A stretch of 64,000 nt of DNA, taken from contig OX597818.1 in the NCBI GenBank assembly GCA_951406725.2, positions 992,001 to 1,056,000 on the forward strand, in the 5' to 3' direction. Numbering within the stretch: position 1 is the stretch's first letter; every line of letters begins with the position of its first letter. This document shows positions 41,256 to 52,846 of the stretch, one piece after another. The notes below the pieces were generated by a model. It ran no database searches, was not told where the DNA came from, and saw only the letters and a program-made list of their open reading frames with translations. The position numbers and the translations under genes are program-made. The stretch is from Octopus vulgaris (taxonomy: Eukaryota).

Positions 41256-43927
41256 TCAGGCTGCAAAGTTTTCTCCCCTCTCAAATGTATGCATGTTATA
41301 GTGTGAGGTGTGTTCTTTAACTAGACAGATGAACAGTCCATCTAGAACAATAGATCTGTGAGGGCATTCAGCTGTTCATTTGTGTGCTATGAGTTTGTTT
41401 CATTGACCTGAAGGTATTGGACATGGATTGAGCAAATGACTGATTATATAAATGGCCATTTTAAAAGCTAATTTTGTTCAAGTTCATCTCCTTAGTTCAA
41501 TATTAATTCTCGCTTTTTATCCTTCACTCTTCACTTTTAATGTTTCCCTAATCTACTACACACAATCTCAGTAATGGGCAAGTGTGGTAGTGGTGGTGGT
41601 GGGATCAGTATTTATATCTCGGCGAAATCAGTTTCGAATATCGATTGAGAAATAAATCTATGAAAGAAAAAAATAACAAACAAATTTTGGCGTTACGAAA
41701 TTATAAGCCTTTGATTCAAATTCACCCGGACACACTCCAGTTCACTCAGATATTGTGAGTACATAAAACATTTTTACCTTTGATAGATCGGAGTCATGTA
41801 ACAGAAGACATTTTCGTCTGTTTAAGATCAAGAAACTGGAGATAAGAACTGATTTTGTTGGATTTACTTTTGCCATTGAAAGAATTTGAATAATTTGGGT
41901 TTTACATAGCATTTTAAAACTCATTATATGACATCACTAAGGTAGTGAGCCCAGATAATCCTCAGAGCATCGGATAAAATACTTAGAGAGATTTATTTTG
42001 GTTGTTTACGTTCTGAGTTCAAATTTCACCGAGGTCAATTCTGCCTTTTATCCTTTCAGAGTCGATAAAATAAAATACCAGTCAAATACTGGAGTTAATG
42101 TAATCGACTTGTTTCATCCCCTTCAAAATTGCTGGCTTTGTGCAAAAATGAGGAAGAATTACAAGACGTCATCGAAACTGAGATATCATGTATGTATGTA
42201 TGTATGTATGTATGTATGTATGTATGTATGTATGTATGTATGTATGTATGTATGTATGTATGTATATGTGCGTGTATATAAAACCAAAGGACCACGCTAG
42301 CCTAAGTCAACAAATTCAAGTATCTGTGCTCCATTGTTGATCAAACAGCGGACTGCTGTCAGAAGATCAGATCAAGGCTTGTTATAGGAAAATCAGCCGT
42401 GAGGTCATTCAGTTCCATGTGGAGAGTGATCCCTCAGCAAAATCATTAAACTGTAACTACCCAGAATCTTAGTCTAACTAATAATGCTATCTGAGTGTGA
42501 AACAAGGACTCCAAGGCAGCGAAGACGCTCGAGATGATGTGCTACTGGCGAACACTGGAGATCACTTGGATGGCCTGTTGAACGAACGATTCAGTCATGG
42601 ATAAGATTAGAGAAAAACAGAAGCCGGTGACGATAGTTAGACGATGAAAGCTTCAGTACTTGAGAACATTATCAAGGCCCAGAATCTCTGTACCCACAAC
42701 TTCAGGGGTTAAGTGGACTGAATATTTGCTTGCGATGCAATGATGAAGAAAGGGCAATGACATTAAGAATTGGACAACTGGGGGTGTACAACTTCAGCAT
42801 GAAACTGCTACGTGTGTGTTGAGGGGCGGTGGTTGTGTCTAAGGTTCGGGTTCCTCGTTTGAGAGGATACAGGCCTTCAGCCATGAGCATGAGAACAATC
42901 TATTTATCAAGCTAAATGCGGGTTGTTCATGTTTAGGGCAGGGATGAGTTGCAATAACATTTACATGTCTAGTGATGTAATTTTTTTCTGTTGAAGGAGA
43001 CAAGAATAGCATGGCATCCCCCGGAGAAAGTTTTCAAGGCCTCTGTTTGAGAAGTTAGTAATTTGGTGTGAAGTGTGTATGTTGCAAGTGGAGGATACTT
43101 GGATGTGAAAGGTTAGGAGTAAAAGAAAGGGTGATATCATTAGTGTAGTTTTGCCAGTGTCATATATGTGATATAGGTGTAACATATGTCATATATGCAA
43201 CATAGTTTGGATACACACACACACAAACTCACATATATATAAAATGAATAGGTAAGGATAAAGAGGTATGGATAAAGAATATGTAGGGATAGATAGGGAT
43301 AACCCAGGCGGTTATCGTAGAGCACTGTTATAATCCAAGTTAAGGCTAGCACCATCGAGTTGTAAAGACCACCTATGATTATTTAAGGTAAGCAACCTCT
43401 CTGTATTACATCCGATGGATAAATCCTGGGTTTGCCTTGCTAGATTATAAATATTTTATCGAGTGTATATCCAAGACAATTACAAAGTTTTCTTTTTTCT
43501 TTTTATTTTAACAATCAATTATACAGCTTATTTGATTTAAATGCGTCCGACGCACGTCTCTGCTTCATACTTTCGACTGGATATTAGACTATGCAACATT
43601 TTTCAAGGCCCTTCCACTGATGTGGTCTGAAGCAAACAGAATAGAATGTATGTAGGTTTATGTAGCATCATATTCGGTTGGTTTTTATAGTTTTTGAGTA
43701 CAAAGTATCCAGATTACCGGCAGGAACTTCTGTAAAGTTCAGTATATATATTGTATATAAGAAAAAGGGACAGGCAAAACAGGTTGCTTGACCGCATACC
43801 GAAAAAATAGAAATAGCAGTCAAGAATGCTTATTTCTATCAAAGTTGGACTCCGGGCATGACAGACCCTGTAATTCACATATGCAAAACAGAAGGAATAG
43901 ATAACGAATACGAAGTCTGGCGGTTAT

Positions 43928-44038
43928 CTGTGAACATCATGTTTCTGGATTATAAACATATTGAATATATATTCCATATATTTTTGATATATATTTCATA
44001 TATATTGCATATATATTTCACATCCTTCTTCAGCACAG
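43928..44038 (-). ncRNA. Hammerhead motif with long AT-rich stem-loop II (copy 1)
   Basis: ctgtg CTGAAGA a ggat...atcc a GAAA cat-g-atg TT cacag. Confidence 0.7.
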
Positions 44039-44543
44039 CTTTCCATTGAAAAAGATTTATCATAGATTTATCAAATGCTACGTACCTCAAACCTTCTGAC
44101 CATGCGACATCAAAATATTTGAAGAAAGTGAGCAAAGGCTAAACCTACATAGACGTTTGAATTCATAAATCTTCCCTCCAAAATTTTGCCATGCGCATTA
44201 CAGTTAGGTTGTCAAAGGGAGTGAAAAATCCAAATAGTAATATAATGATAAGAGTAAATAATTTCTATAAAGGCTTTTAAAAAAACCCCAATTATTTACT
44301 GGTAGAATTCGGTATGTAAATATAGCCGATTACCGGCAGGAACTTCTGTAAAGTTCAGTATATATATTGTATATAAGAAAAAGGGACAGGCAAAACAGGT
44401 TGCTTGACCGCATACCGAAAAAATAGAAATAGCAGTCAAGAATGCTTATTTCTATCAAAGTTGGACTCCGGGCATGACAGACCCTGTAATTCACATATGC
44501 AAAACAGAAGGAATAGATAACGAATACGAAGTCTGGCGGTTAT

Positions 44544-44654
44544 CTGTGAACATCATGTTTCTGGATTATAAACATATTGAATATATATTCCATATATTTT
44601 TGATATATATTTCATATATATTGCATATATATTTCACATCCTTCTTCAGCACAG
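44544..44654 (-). ncRNA. Hammerhead motif (copy 2)
   Basis: Same sequence as copy 1, 616 nt away. Confidence 0.7.
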
Positions 44655-44850
44655 CTTTCCATTGAAAAAGATTTATCATAGATTTATCAAATGCTACGTA
44701 CCTCAAACCTTCTGACCATGCGACATCAAAATATTTGAAGAAAGTGAGCAAAGGCTAAACCTACATAGACGTTTGAATTCATAAATCTTCCCTCCAAAAT
44801 TTTGCCATGCGCATTACAGTTATCTATGATAAATCTTTTTCAATGGAAAG

Positions 44851-44952
44851 CTGTGCTGAAGAAGGATGTGAAATATATATATGAAATATATATCAAAAAT
44901 ATATGGAATATATATTCAATATGTTTATAATCCAGAAACATGATGTTCACAG
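44851..44952 (+). ncRNA. Hammerhead motif (inverted copy 3)
   Basis: CTGAAGA 44856-44862, GAAA 44935-44938, GTT 44945-44947, stem I ctgtg/cacag. Loop II is 9 nt shorter than in copies 1 and 2. Confidence 0.7.
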
Positions 44953-45104
44953 ATAACCGCCAGACTTCGTATTCGTTATCTATTCCTTCTGTTTTGCATA
45001 TGTGAATTACAGGGTCTGTCATGCCCGGAGTCCAACTTTGATAGAAATAAGCATTCTTGACTGCTATTTCTATTTTTTCGGTATGCGGTCAAGCAACCTG
45101 TTTT

Positions 45105-45181
<77 letters not shown>

Positions 45182-45186
<5 letters not shown>

Positions 45187-45924
45187 GAGCTCCGTCTCTG
45201 ACGGAGCTCGACATCAAAAGTTCTGCAGTAGGTCTCAAGATGAACCGCATGAAAACAAAGTTCATGCGGTCAGACAACGTACCAACAGGTCGAATGGTGA
45301 TCGGCAGTGATGAAATAGAGGAGGTGAGAGAATATGTCTACCTGGGACAGGAAGTAAATATGTGCCGGGATATCAAAAAGAGATCTCATGGAGAGTAAGG
45401 GCCGGATGGAAGGCGTTCAATGGCATAAGGGATGTGCTCAAAGGAAGGTTGGACAGGACCACCTGCGCCAACCTCATTAACAGTGCAGTTCTGCCTGCAA
45501 TGTTATATGGTAGTGAAACATGGGTTACCACAAAGAGAGAAGAGCAAAGACTGATAACGGCTCAAAGAGCCATGGAAAGGTCAATGCTTGGTATCTCGTT
45601 GAGAGAGCACATAAATAGCAAGATCATCAGAAAGAAGTCCGGCGTGAGAGATGTCATCGCTGAGTATACTCGCAGCAAGTATAGATGGGCTGGACACGTC
45701 GCCCGGCTCACCGATAATCGGTGGACGCACGCAGTTATCGAGTGGTACCCGCGTGAGCGAAAAAGACCACCCGGAAGACCTCCACGACGGTGGAGTGACG
45801 ATTTCAAGAGGACGATTGGGATCACGTGGATGAGAAAGGCGCGATCCAGAGAGGAGTGGACAGCGTGCTGTGACCAGCGGTGTCAAATGGACGCCTGACG
45901 GACTGGTCAGTCAAAGTGATCAAA

Positions 45925-45929
<5 letters not shown>
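45182..45929 (+). mobile_element. 5'-truncated RTE LINE inserted in (TA)n
   Basis: VGLKMN.MKTK, EYVYLGQ, MLYGSETW, KYRWAGHVAR and RPPGRPPRRW, with one frameshift near 45375. The tail is (CAAAGTGAT)2. Confidence 0.9.
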
Positions 45930-45968
<39 letters not shown>

Positions 45969-46189
45969 GTATGATGTATGTGTATATATATCATATATGT
46001 GACATAGTTGTTTCAAATATATATGAGCAATACTCATTAAAAGAGTACTTGAAGAGTCATCAACTATATGTCATTATTGGAGAGTCATCATACGTGTCAT
46101 TAAAGGAGTGTCATCATATATGTATTATCAGAGGAAGTCATCGTGTCATTATAGGAGAGTCATCATATATGCGTCATTAAATGAGCCAT

Positions 46190-46440
46190 AGTGGTGGTTG
46201 TTGCAAGTCGGCAAGAATGTTTTGGAAAAGAATATTTGGGAAATGTGTGTATCATTAAGGTTGGTATTCTTGTAGAAATGGACTGTGTAGAGATATTATA
46301 TGTATAGCGTTTATGGGGTGAAAGTGAGGGAAATATACGTCTGTGTTCGCAAGTTTTCTTTCTGTTATGTTTGGTTAAATTCTTGGGACATTTGTGTATG
46401 CATGCTGTGTATGTTGGGGCACCATATGTCATTGAAGGAT
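46190..46440 (-). mobile_element. Penelope-like fragment
   Basis: Closely similar to 54285-54510 (DTHFP-like segment). Confidence 0.55.
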
Positions 46441-47002
46441 AGCAGTCCGTTTGTGACTGTTCTATTTAGTTTTCTTTCAACAATTTTTTTGTCACAATGG
46501 TAGCATGCCCCAAGTAATTAGCTCTGGTTGATACTAGTAATTTTCAGGTAGTTTAATATATTCAAATCAAAGTTTGACATTCTGAGATTTTCTGTCCTTA
46601 GAAGCGTATAATTTTAACTCTTTATTGTAGACGTCCCTTTCCTCGACCAGTCCAAGTTCTAAAGCAGGAATGGAATTGATAACAGAAGGAAGTATTTATA
46701 GTTCTACTTCAGTTGTCGGTATTCCATCATGATCGCAGTTCATTGGTCAGAACTAACAGAAGAATTACGGATACAACATATGAACATCTTCCGAATATTC
46801 TTTTCAGACGTCTTGATCAATATTCTATTTATTAAAGGTACAGCTGGAATTAAAATTATTCTGTAATCCATTACGTTTCCTTAAATTATCCTCTGTAGTT
46901 ACCACCTGAACTTTGATTAAAAGGAGAAAATTGAATATACTTGCTTCTCACGCATGGGTGACATTAAAGAGATGGACGTCATTGTTAGTTTTAATATATA
47001 CA

Positions 47003-48262
47003 CAAGGGTTGAAGAAAATAATGGAAACACCTAGCATCATAATTTTGAAATATTTATAAAACCGTCGAAAGCTTGTTTATTTTTATGTGCTTTGATTTGT
47101 TGCTTAATATGTTTTGCTAAAATTGCTGTTTCTATTCAGATATCATCAGAAAAAGGTAATTAAAATTCATTAAAATGACAGATCTATCGGACTTTCAAAG
47201 AGGTCAGATTGTTGGTGCTTGTATGGCAGGCGCTAGAGTAACGAAAACATCCGAAATGTTTGGTGTACCAAGAAGTAATGTCTCGAAAGCAATGACAGCC
47301 TTTGAGAAAGAGGGAAAAACCTCCTCGTCGAAACAAAACTCCGGAAGAAAACCAAAACTTTCAGATAAGGACTGTCAGACTCTTACGCGAATTGTTAGAA
47401 AGGGTCAAAAAAGTACAACTCCCCAAATTATTGCAGATCTTAATGACTACCTCGAGAACCTAGTTTTCACAAAAATTGTCCGCCGGGAGCTGCACAAAGC
47501 CGTATTTCACGGGACGACTGCAATCAGAAAACCAAAACCACTACTTTCAAAAACAAACGTTGCAAAGCATTTAGAGTTGGTCCCATACAGAATTGGTCCC
47601 TAGAGCAGTGGAAGAATGCTATTTTCTCGGACGAGTCATCTGTTACCTTAATTCCGATTACCGGCCGAGTATACGTGTGGAGACAGCCAAAAGAAGCATT
47701 TGACCCAGACTGGCTTCTTCCAACTGTAAAACATGGAGGTGGCTTTGTGATGATCTGGTGAGGCTATATCTTGGAAATCCGCCAGCCCAATGGTTTTCCT
47801 TCATGGCAGAATTAATTGTCAAGAATATTTAAGCATTTTATCCGATCAAATTCATCCTATGGTTGCGGAACTGTTTCCAGAGGGAAACGTAATCTTTCAG
47901 GATGATAATGCACCAATTCACACAGCTAAAGTTGTTACCGAATGGCTCGAGCAACATTCTAGTGAAGTTGAAAATCTTATCTGGTCACCACAGTCCCCAG
48001 ATTTCAATATTATTGATCAGTTATGGTGCATTTTAGAAAAACCAAGCAAGGAGTCGATATCCTCTACCATCATCACTACAATAACTGGAGACTGTTTTAG
48101 TTGAAAAAAGGACAAAAATTCCTTTGGAAACAATTCAAACTTCGTACGAGTCCATACTTCGTAGAATTCAAACTATAATTACTGCCAAAGACGGTCCTAC
48201 CCCATATTAGAATAAATTTGTTTGAAATTTTGAGGTGTTTCCATTATTTTGTCCAACCCCTG
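47003..48262 (+). mobile_element. Full-length but disrupted Tc1-family transposon (36-residue spacing between the second and third catalytic positions)
   Basis: ~30-bp TIRs caagggttgaagaaaataatggaaacacct / aggtgtttccattattttgtccaacccctg, with TA on the right. The transposase reads MTDLSDFQRGQIVG..SGRKPKL, IFSDES, VKHGGG, QDDNAPIH and WSPQSPDFNIID, with stops and frameshifts. Confidence 0.9.
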
Positions 48263-48339
48263 TATATATACATACACACACACACACATATAAAAGAATA
48301 ATAGAAAACAGGGACAAACGCCCAAGATGTTATTTAACA

Positions 48340-48432
48340 ACATCACTGACATATGTTTCAATAGATGCATTAAAATAAATTCGAGAGGATGAATAATGTG
48401 GAACAATGCATCAATCTCACCAGGGGGGATAT
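48340..48432 (-). ncRNA. Decayed hammerhead in a PLE pseudo-LTR remnant (48293-48479)
   Basis: Minus strand: CTGGTGA gattgatgcatt...aatgcatctatt GAAA catatg TC agtgatgt. A6 is changed to G and stem I is eroded. Confidence 0.6.
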
Positions 48433-48618
48433 AAATAATAGTGTTCATCAACAAGTCATTTTAACAGATGTAAGAAACTACATGTTATAATGTATATATA
48501 AAAATTAAAAATTGTATAATACAGCAGCATTTTCGAACTTCATTTTTTACAAATATATACCTACTCGTATACGAGCTAATCCTATTATAAATATCATATC
48601 ACGTACGAGCTCCCGAAA

Positions 48619-50019
48619 ATGCCTGATAAAAATGACACCAACGACATCTCCTCAATAAATGAAGAGATACTGAAAGAATTGAAAAGCATAAATTCAAACC
48701 TAACAGCAGTGTTAAACAAACTCAACTTAACACCTCGACCTTCTACACAAACTAACGAGGAAACCGAATCGAATAAAACACCCTCCGAAATATTCGAGAA
48801 AGTTGAAAATCTATGCGATACAATGACGACATTCTTCACAAACTTTACGAAACAAGAGCCACAAAAAGAAGGAACACATGAGAAGAACCGAGCAACTTCA
48901 ACATTACAAATAAAGAACCAAGTCCTCCCCCAATGGAGAACACTACAGCGAAACAGAAAATTCGCTTTTTGGAAAATGATACAAAATCAGAATAAAGCAG
49001 AGATTTACCAAAAATGGCTAGACTCAACACCCCTAGTCATACCCCGTAAATTACAAATCAAACCCATCTCGGAAGAACCAGAAGAACAAAGAAAACTTAG
49101 AGAAAAAATGTCATTAGAAAAAATGAAGATGGAAATAGAACTACTGAAGCTGAGAGCTAAAACGAATGAAGAAAAAGTAAAAACCATAGACGAGGAAATC
49201 AACGAAGAAGTCATCAAACTAATAGACGACAACAATACTGAAACATTAACAGCACTATGGAATGAAGAATGTGAAAAAGAGGAACTTAAGTCCCTCCAAC
49301 GATGGGAAAAGAGCGCCATCTGGTTTCTAGATTATGAAACCAACTTCAAAAATGAACACATATCCAACAACCCCTTCATAAAATTAAGCAAATCAAAACC
49401 AAATACCAATAGAACGGAACAACCACCAAGAAATCCTACCACACTCTACACCAGAAAAGTACACCTAAAACACACCCCACACTACCTACACCAACCCCAA
49501 AACACCTACAGAGGCCCACCACACCAGTTCGAAAATAGACATACCAACAGAGCAGAACAACCACCAAGAAATCCAAACACACTCTACACCAGAAAAATGC
49601 ATTTAAAACGCACCCCACACTACCTACACCAACCCCAAAACACTTATAGGGTCCCACCACACCATTCCACGAACCTAAGAGCCACAACATACAATACTAT
49701 AAAATACAACCCACATAACCAAACCAAAACGCTACTACCAAACATCCACCCCAGGAACCAACCATACAACCATAACAAACAACAAATGCACTACGGAGGA
49801 AACAACTACCAACACAATACACCTGAGGAACTAAGACGTAACACTAGGTTCAACAACAGACTCCAGAACAGAGCACCACAAACTCACTCTGACAATTATA
49901 ACAACATGAGACAGATAAATAATAGCTTTGAACATAACTACACCAACCATCTTTTAGACCCCACACACAGGAACAGGGACACACGATGGCAAAGGACAAA
50001 CAAAAGAAACCTCAGGTAA
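48619..50019 (+). CDS. PLE upstream ORF1, 466 aa: coiled-coil N-half, 2 x 46-aa repeat, N/Q/H/R-rich tail
   Basis: Long stop-free ORF inside the element with heptad-like helices (INEEILKELKSINSNL; EKMKMEIELLKLRAK..EEKVKTIDEEI). Function unknown. Confidence 0.7.
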   Translation: MPDKNDTNDISSINEEILKELKSINSNLTAVLNKLNLTPRPSTQTNEETESNKTPSEIFEKVENLCDTMTTFFTNFTKQEPQKEGTHEKNRATSTLQIKNQVLPQWRTLQRNRKFAFWKMIQNQNKAEIYQKWLDSTPLVIPRKLQIKPISEEPEEQRKLREKMSLEKMKMEIELLKLRAKTNEEKVKTIDEEINEEVIKLIDDNNTETLTALWNEECEKEELKSLQRWEKSAIWFLDYETNFKNEHISNNPFIKLSKSKPNTNRTEQPPRNPTTLYTRKVHLKHTPHYLHQPQNTYRGPPHQFENRHTNRAEQPPRNPNTLYTRKMHLKRTPHYLHQPQNTYRVPPHHSTNLRATTYNTIKYNPHNQTKTLLPNIHPRNQPYNHNKQQMHYGGNNYQHNTPEELRRNTRFNNRLQNRAPQTHSDNYNNMRQINNSFEHNYTNHLLDPTHRNRDTRWQRTNKRNLR

Positions 50020-52283
50020 TTAAGATAATCAATCTCTCAAACAAAGAACTTACACCTAACGAAATAAGCATACTCTCCAAAGGACTTAAATTTACACCCA
50101 CCCCACAACGTTCTAATTATTATGAAATGAAAGATGATATTTCGGAATTTTGCAGAAAACTAAGACTCACCGAGGCATTTCAAGACAAACAAATAGAGGA
50201 GGACTCAATAGCTAGAAACAAGAGCAATTACACCCCCACCAAAGGTAAGAATAAAGCCTTAGACCGCTATTGTGACTACATAACTAATTTCCCGTTTCAA
50301 TTCATCAAGAAACAAAAACACAGCCCTAACTTCAACAAAAGAGAATGGAACGACCTCATCAAACTAAGAGAAGACAAAACAATAACAATTAAGGAGGCAG
50401 ATAAGGGCAACGCGATAGTAATAATGAATACAAACAATTATAAAAATTTAGTGCTATCCCTATTAAGAGATGAAACGTATTATGAAAGGGCCCAACAGTA
50501 TAACCAGCAAAATATAATGCATAACCTTAGGACATTAATCAACACATACCAAGAAGGACTCACGAACAAGGAGTATGAATACATCACTAACTTCAAATGC
50601 AAATCGAGTTTGTTCTATGGTATCCCTAAGGTACACAAAAGCCAAACCATTAGAGAAACGTGCAAAACATCCACCGATACACTCATCAAAATCCCTTCAC
50701 CAAATGATCTTAAACTAAGACCGATAATAGCAGGGCCAGCATGTGAAACTCACCGCCTCAGCAATTTCTTAGACACACTTCTTAAACCTTTCCTAAAACA
50801 CATCAAAAGCTACGTAAGAGACGATATAGATATGCTCAACCACCTCCCTAAAACAGTCAATGAGAAAACCCTTCTAGTATCATTCGACGTAGTTAATCTT
50901 TATTCTAACATCCCTCACAACCTAGGAATAGAAGCAATCACCTTCTGGCTGAATAACTACCCCTTTGAACTCCCAACTCGCATAAACAAAGACCTTATAA
51001 TAGAAGGACTTAGATTCATTTTAGAGAACAATTATTTTATTTTTGACAATGATTTCTACAGGCAAAGATCGGGAACAGCGATGGGCACGCGTACTGCACC
51101 ATCTTTTGCCAACCTAGTGATGGGATACCTCGAGAAAATACTATACCGGATGACACTCGAGAAATATGGAAACACCTTCGCCACCTATATCCATAACAAC
51201 TGGAAAAGATACCTCGATGACTGTTTCATCATCTGGGACAAAGGCATAGAGAAACTTGAGGAATTTAAAATTCTATTAAATGGAATAAATGACAATATAC
51301 AATTCACGATGGACCACAACGAAAAAGAATTACCATTTTTAGACATCCTCATTAAGAAAACCGGCAACAAAATAGAGACAAATATCTACTATAAACCGAC
51401 AGACTCTAAACAGTACCTACCCTTTGATTCATGCCACCCACGACACACTAGAATGAATGTCCCTTTTTGTTTAGCTAGAAGGATTTGCACCATAATATCA
51501 GACACAAACACCCGACACACACGTCTCCAGGAACTTAGAACCACACTCACAAATAGAAACTATCCACAGCCCCTAATAGACAGTGCAATCCAACGGGTAC
51601 TTAAATTAAGTATAGAAGACCTGAGACAAACAAAACCAAAAAAGAAAGAACAATCAAAAACCCTTCCCTACATCTCTACACACAACCCACTCAACAATGA
51701 GGCCTTCAACACCATACTACAAAGCACAGCCCTACTAAAGGGAGACCCAAAGATGAACCGGATCCTCGAAACACACACCATCATTAAAAGTAAACGGCAA
51801 CCAAAATCCTTGAAAAGGATTTTAACCCAAGCTACACTGCACTCAACATCAACCACAAAACCAGCAGTTAGAAAATGTGGAAGGCCCAACTGCGGAATAT
51901 GTGTCATCTTGAAAGAAGGATCAGAATTTATACTGGAACAAGGCCACCAGTTCACCATTAGAACAAACTTCACCTGCGCATCAGAAAACTTAATTTACGT
52001 CATAACATGCGCAGGCTGCAATAGGCAGTATATAGGCCATACAAAAAATAGCTTACGTAACAGGATGGCGGTGCATAAATCACAAATTAGAAACCCTGAT
52101 TACCGCAAAATACCGGTCAGCGGACACATAGATAGATGTGCTGGAAATGTAAATCCGAAATTTACAACTAACCCGCTCTATAAATTCAGTGACAACGCAA
52201 CCTTCACACAACGCCAAAATAAAGAACTATATTTCATAAAAAAATTTAGACCAAGTTTAAACACCCTGGGCCAGGAATACTAA
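49986..52283 (+). CDS. PLE reverse transcriptase + C-terminal GIY-YIG endonuclease, 765 aa
   Basis: INLS, LSKGLKFTP, ADKG, LRPIIAG, SFDVVNLY, GTAMG, RYLDD, LPFLD, YYKPT, CHP. Cys-rich linker KCGRPNCGIC, then LIYVITCAGC..QYIG, R..H, H, E and LN. No stops. Confidence 0.95.
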   Translation: MAKDKQKKPQVIKIINLSNKELTPNEISILSKGLKFTPTPQRSNYYEMKDDISEFCRKLRLTEAFQDKQIEEDSIARNKSNYTPTKGKNKALDRYCDYITNFPFQFIKKQKHSPNFNKREWNDLIKLREDKTITIKEADKGNAIVIMNTNNYKNLVLSLLRDETYYERAQQYNQQNIMHNLRTLINTYQEGLTNKEYEYITNFKCKSSLFYGIPKVHKSQTIRETCKTSTDTLIKIPSPNDLKLRPIIAGPACETHRLSNFLDTLLKPFLKHIKSYVRDDIDMLNHLPKTVNEKTLLVSFDVVNLYSNIPHNLGIEAITFWLNNYPFELPTRINKDLIIEGLRFILENNYFIFDNDFYRQRSGTAMGTRTAPSFANLVMGYLEKILYRMTLEKYGNTFATYIHNNWKRYLDDCFIIWDKGIEKLEEFKILLNGINDNIQFTMDHNEKELPFLDILIKKTGNKIETNIYYKPTDSKQYLPFDSCHPRHTRMNVPFCLARRICTIISDTNTRHTRLQELRTTLTNRNYPQPLIDSAIQRVLKLSIEDLRQTKPKKKEQSKTLPYISTHNPLNNEAFNTILQSTALLKGDPKMNRILETHTIIKSKRQPKSLKRILTQATLHSTSTTKPAVRKCGRPNCGICVILKEGSEFILEQGHQFTIRTNFTCASENLIYVITCAGCNRQYIGHTKNSLRNRMAVHKSQIRNPDYRKIPVSGHIDRCAGNVNPKFTTNPLYKFSDNATFTQRQNKELYFIKKFRPSLNTLGQEY

Positions 52284-52449
52284 AACAAAAGATAAGTCCT
52301 CCGAAAAGGAGAACCAAATTTCACCACGGCCGCTACTTCAAACAGACACTCACTCTGACGGAAATATGCCTTAGTAAAAAAGGAAAAAAATTCTTTCGTG
52401 CAAATCTGACCCTGATACATACGATACAGCTAAGGGTCAGACCCGATTC

Positions 52450-52846
52450 TGATTGGTCAACAAGTTGATGACGTCTAGCTCTGCTAGAATGGACAGGATA
52501 CAAACAGGGGACAGTCATTAGTCAGAATATTGATGACGTCCTTTTCTGCTTGAATAGTCACCTAACAAGTACAGACAGGGGGCAGATCTAATGTAGCTAT
52601 AAGTCGTGATTGGGCAGAATCTGGATGACGTCCCGCTATGCTTGACTAACGAAGCGACTGGTCAAGACAGGAAACAAACAAGAGGGAGTTATAATGCAGC
52701 GATTGGTCAAAATAATGATGACGTCCCGTTCCACTTGGTTAAAGCCACCTAACGAAACGATTGGTCAAAACATTGATGACGTCACGCTACGCTAGATTGA
52801 CCACCTAACAGGCATTATAAAACCGAGCATTTCACAAAAACTCACT
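52450..52846 (+). promoter_or_regulatory. Putative Pol II promoter in the PLE 3' region: five ATTGG-N12-TGACGT modules, TATA box, Inr
   Basis: ATTGG (one copy ATTAG) at 52452, 52517, 52609, 52702 and 52760, each followed after 12 nt by TGACGT. TATAAAA at 52816 and TCACT at 52842. Confidence 0.65.

Larger units (their letters stand above)
43712..45110. mobile_element. Non-coding 616-bp tandem unit (1.8 copies) plus an inverted partial copy, each carrying a hammerhead (retrozyme/mini-PLE-like)
   Basis: 43712-44206 recurs at 44328-44822 (period 616; identical ORF-track peptides). 44822-45110 is the reverse complement of ~43752-44067 with two small deletions. Confidence 0.85.

Noticed and set aside
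42300-43430. Possible decayed PLE coding sequence on the minus strand
   Set aside because: Only faint motif echoes (ERLLTLNN). Not enough to assign.
43858-45022. Repeated 60-63-aa ORFs in the 616-bp unit
   Set aside because: Short, running through the AT-rich hammerhead loop, and without recognisable motifs. Used only to measure the repeat period.
52450-52790. Repeat-spacer-like pattern resembling a CRISPR array
   Set aside because: The repeats are degenerate and irregularly spaced, the context is eukaryotic and there are no cas genes. Better explained as promoter modules.
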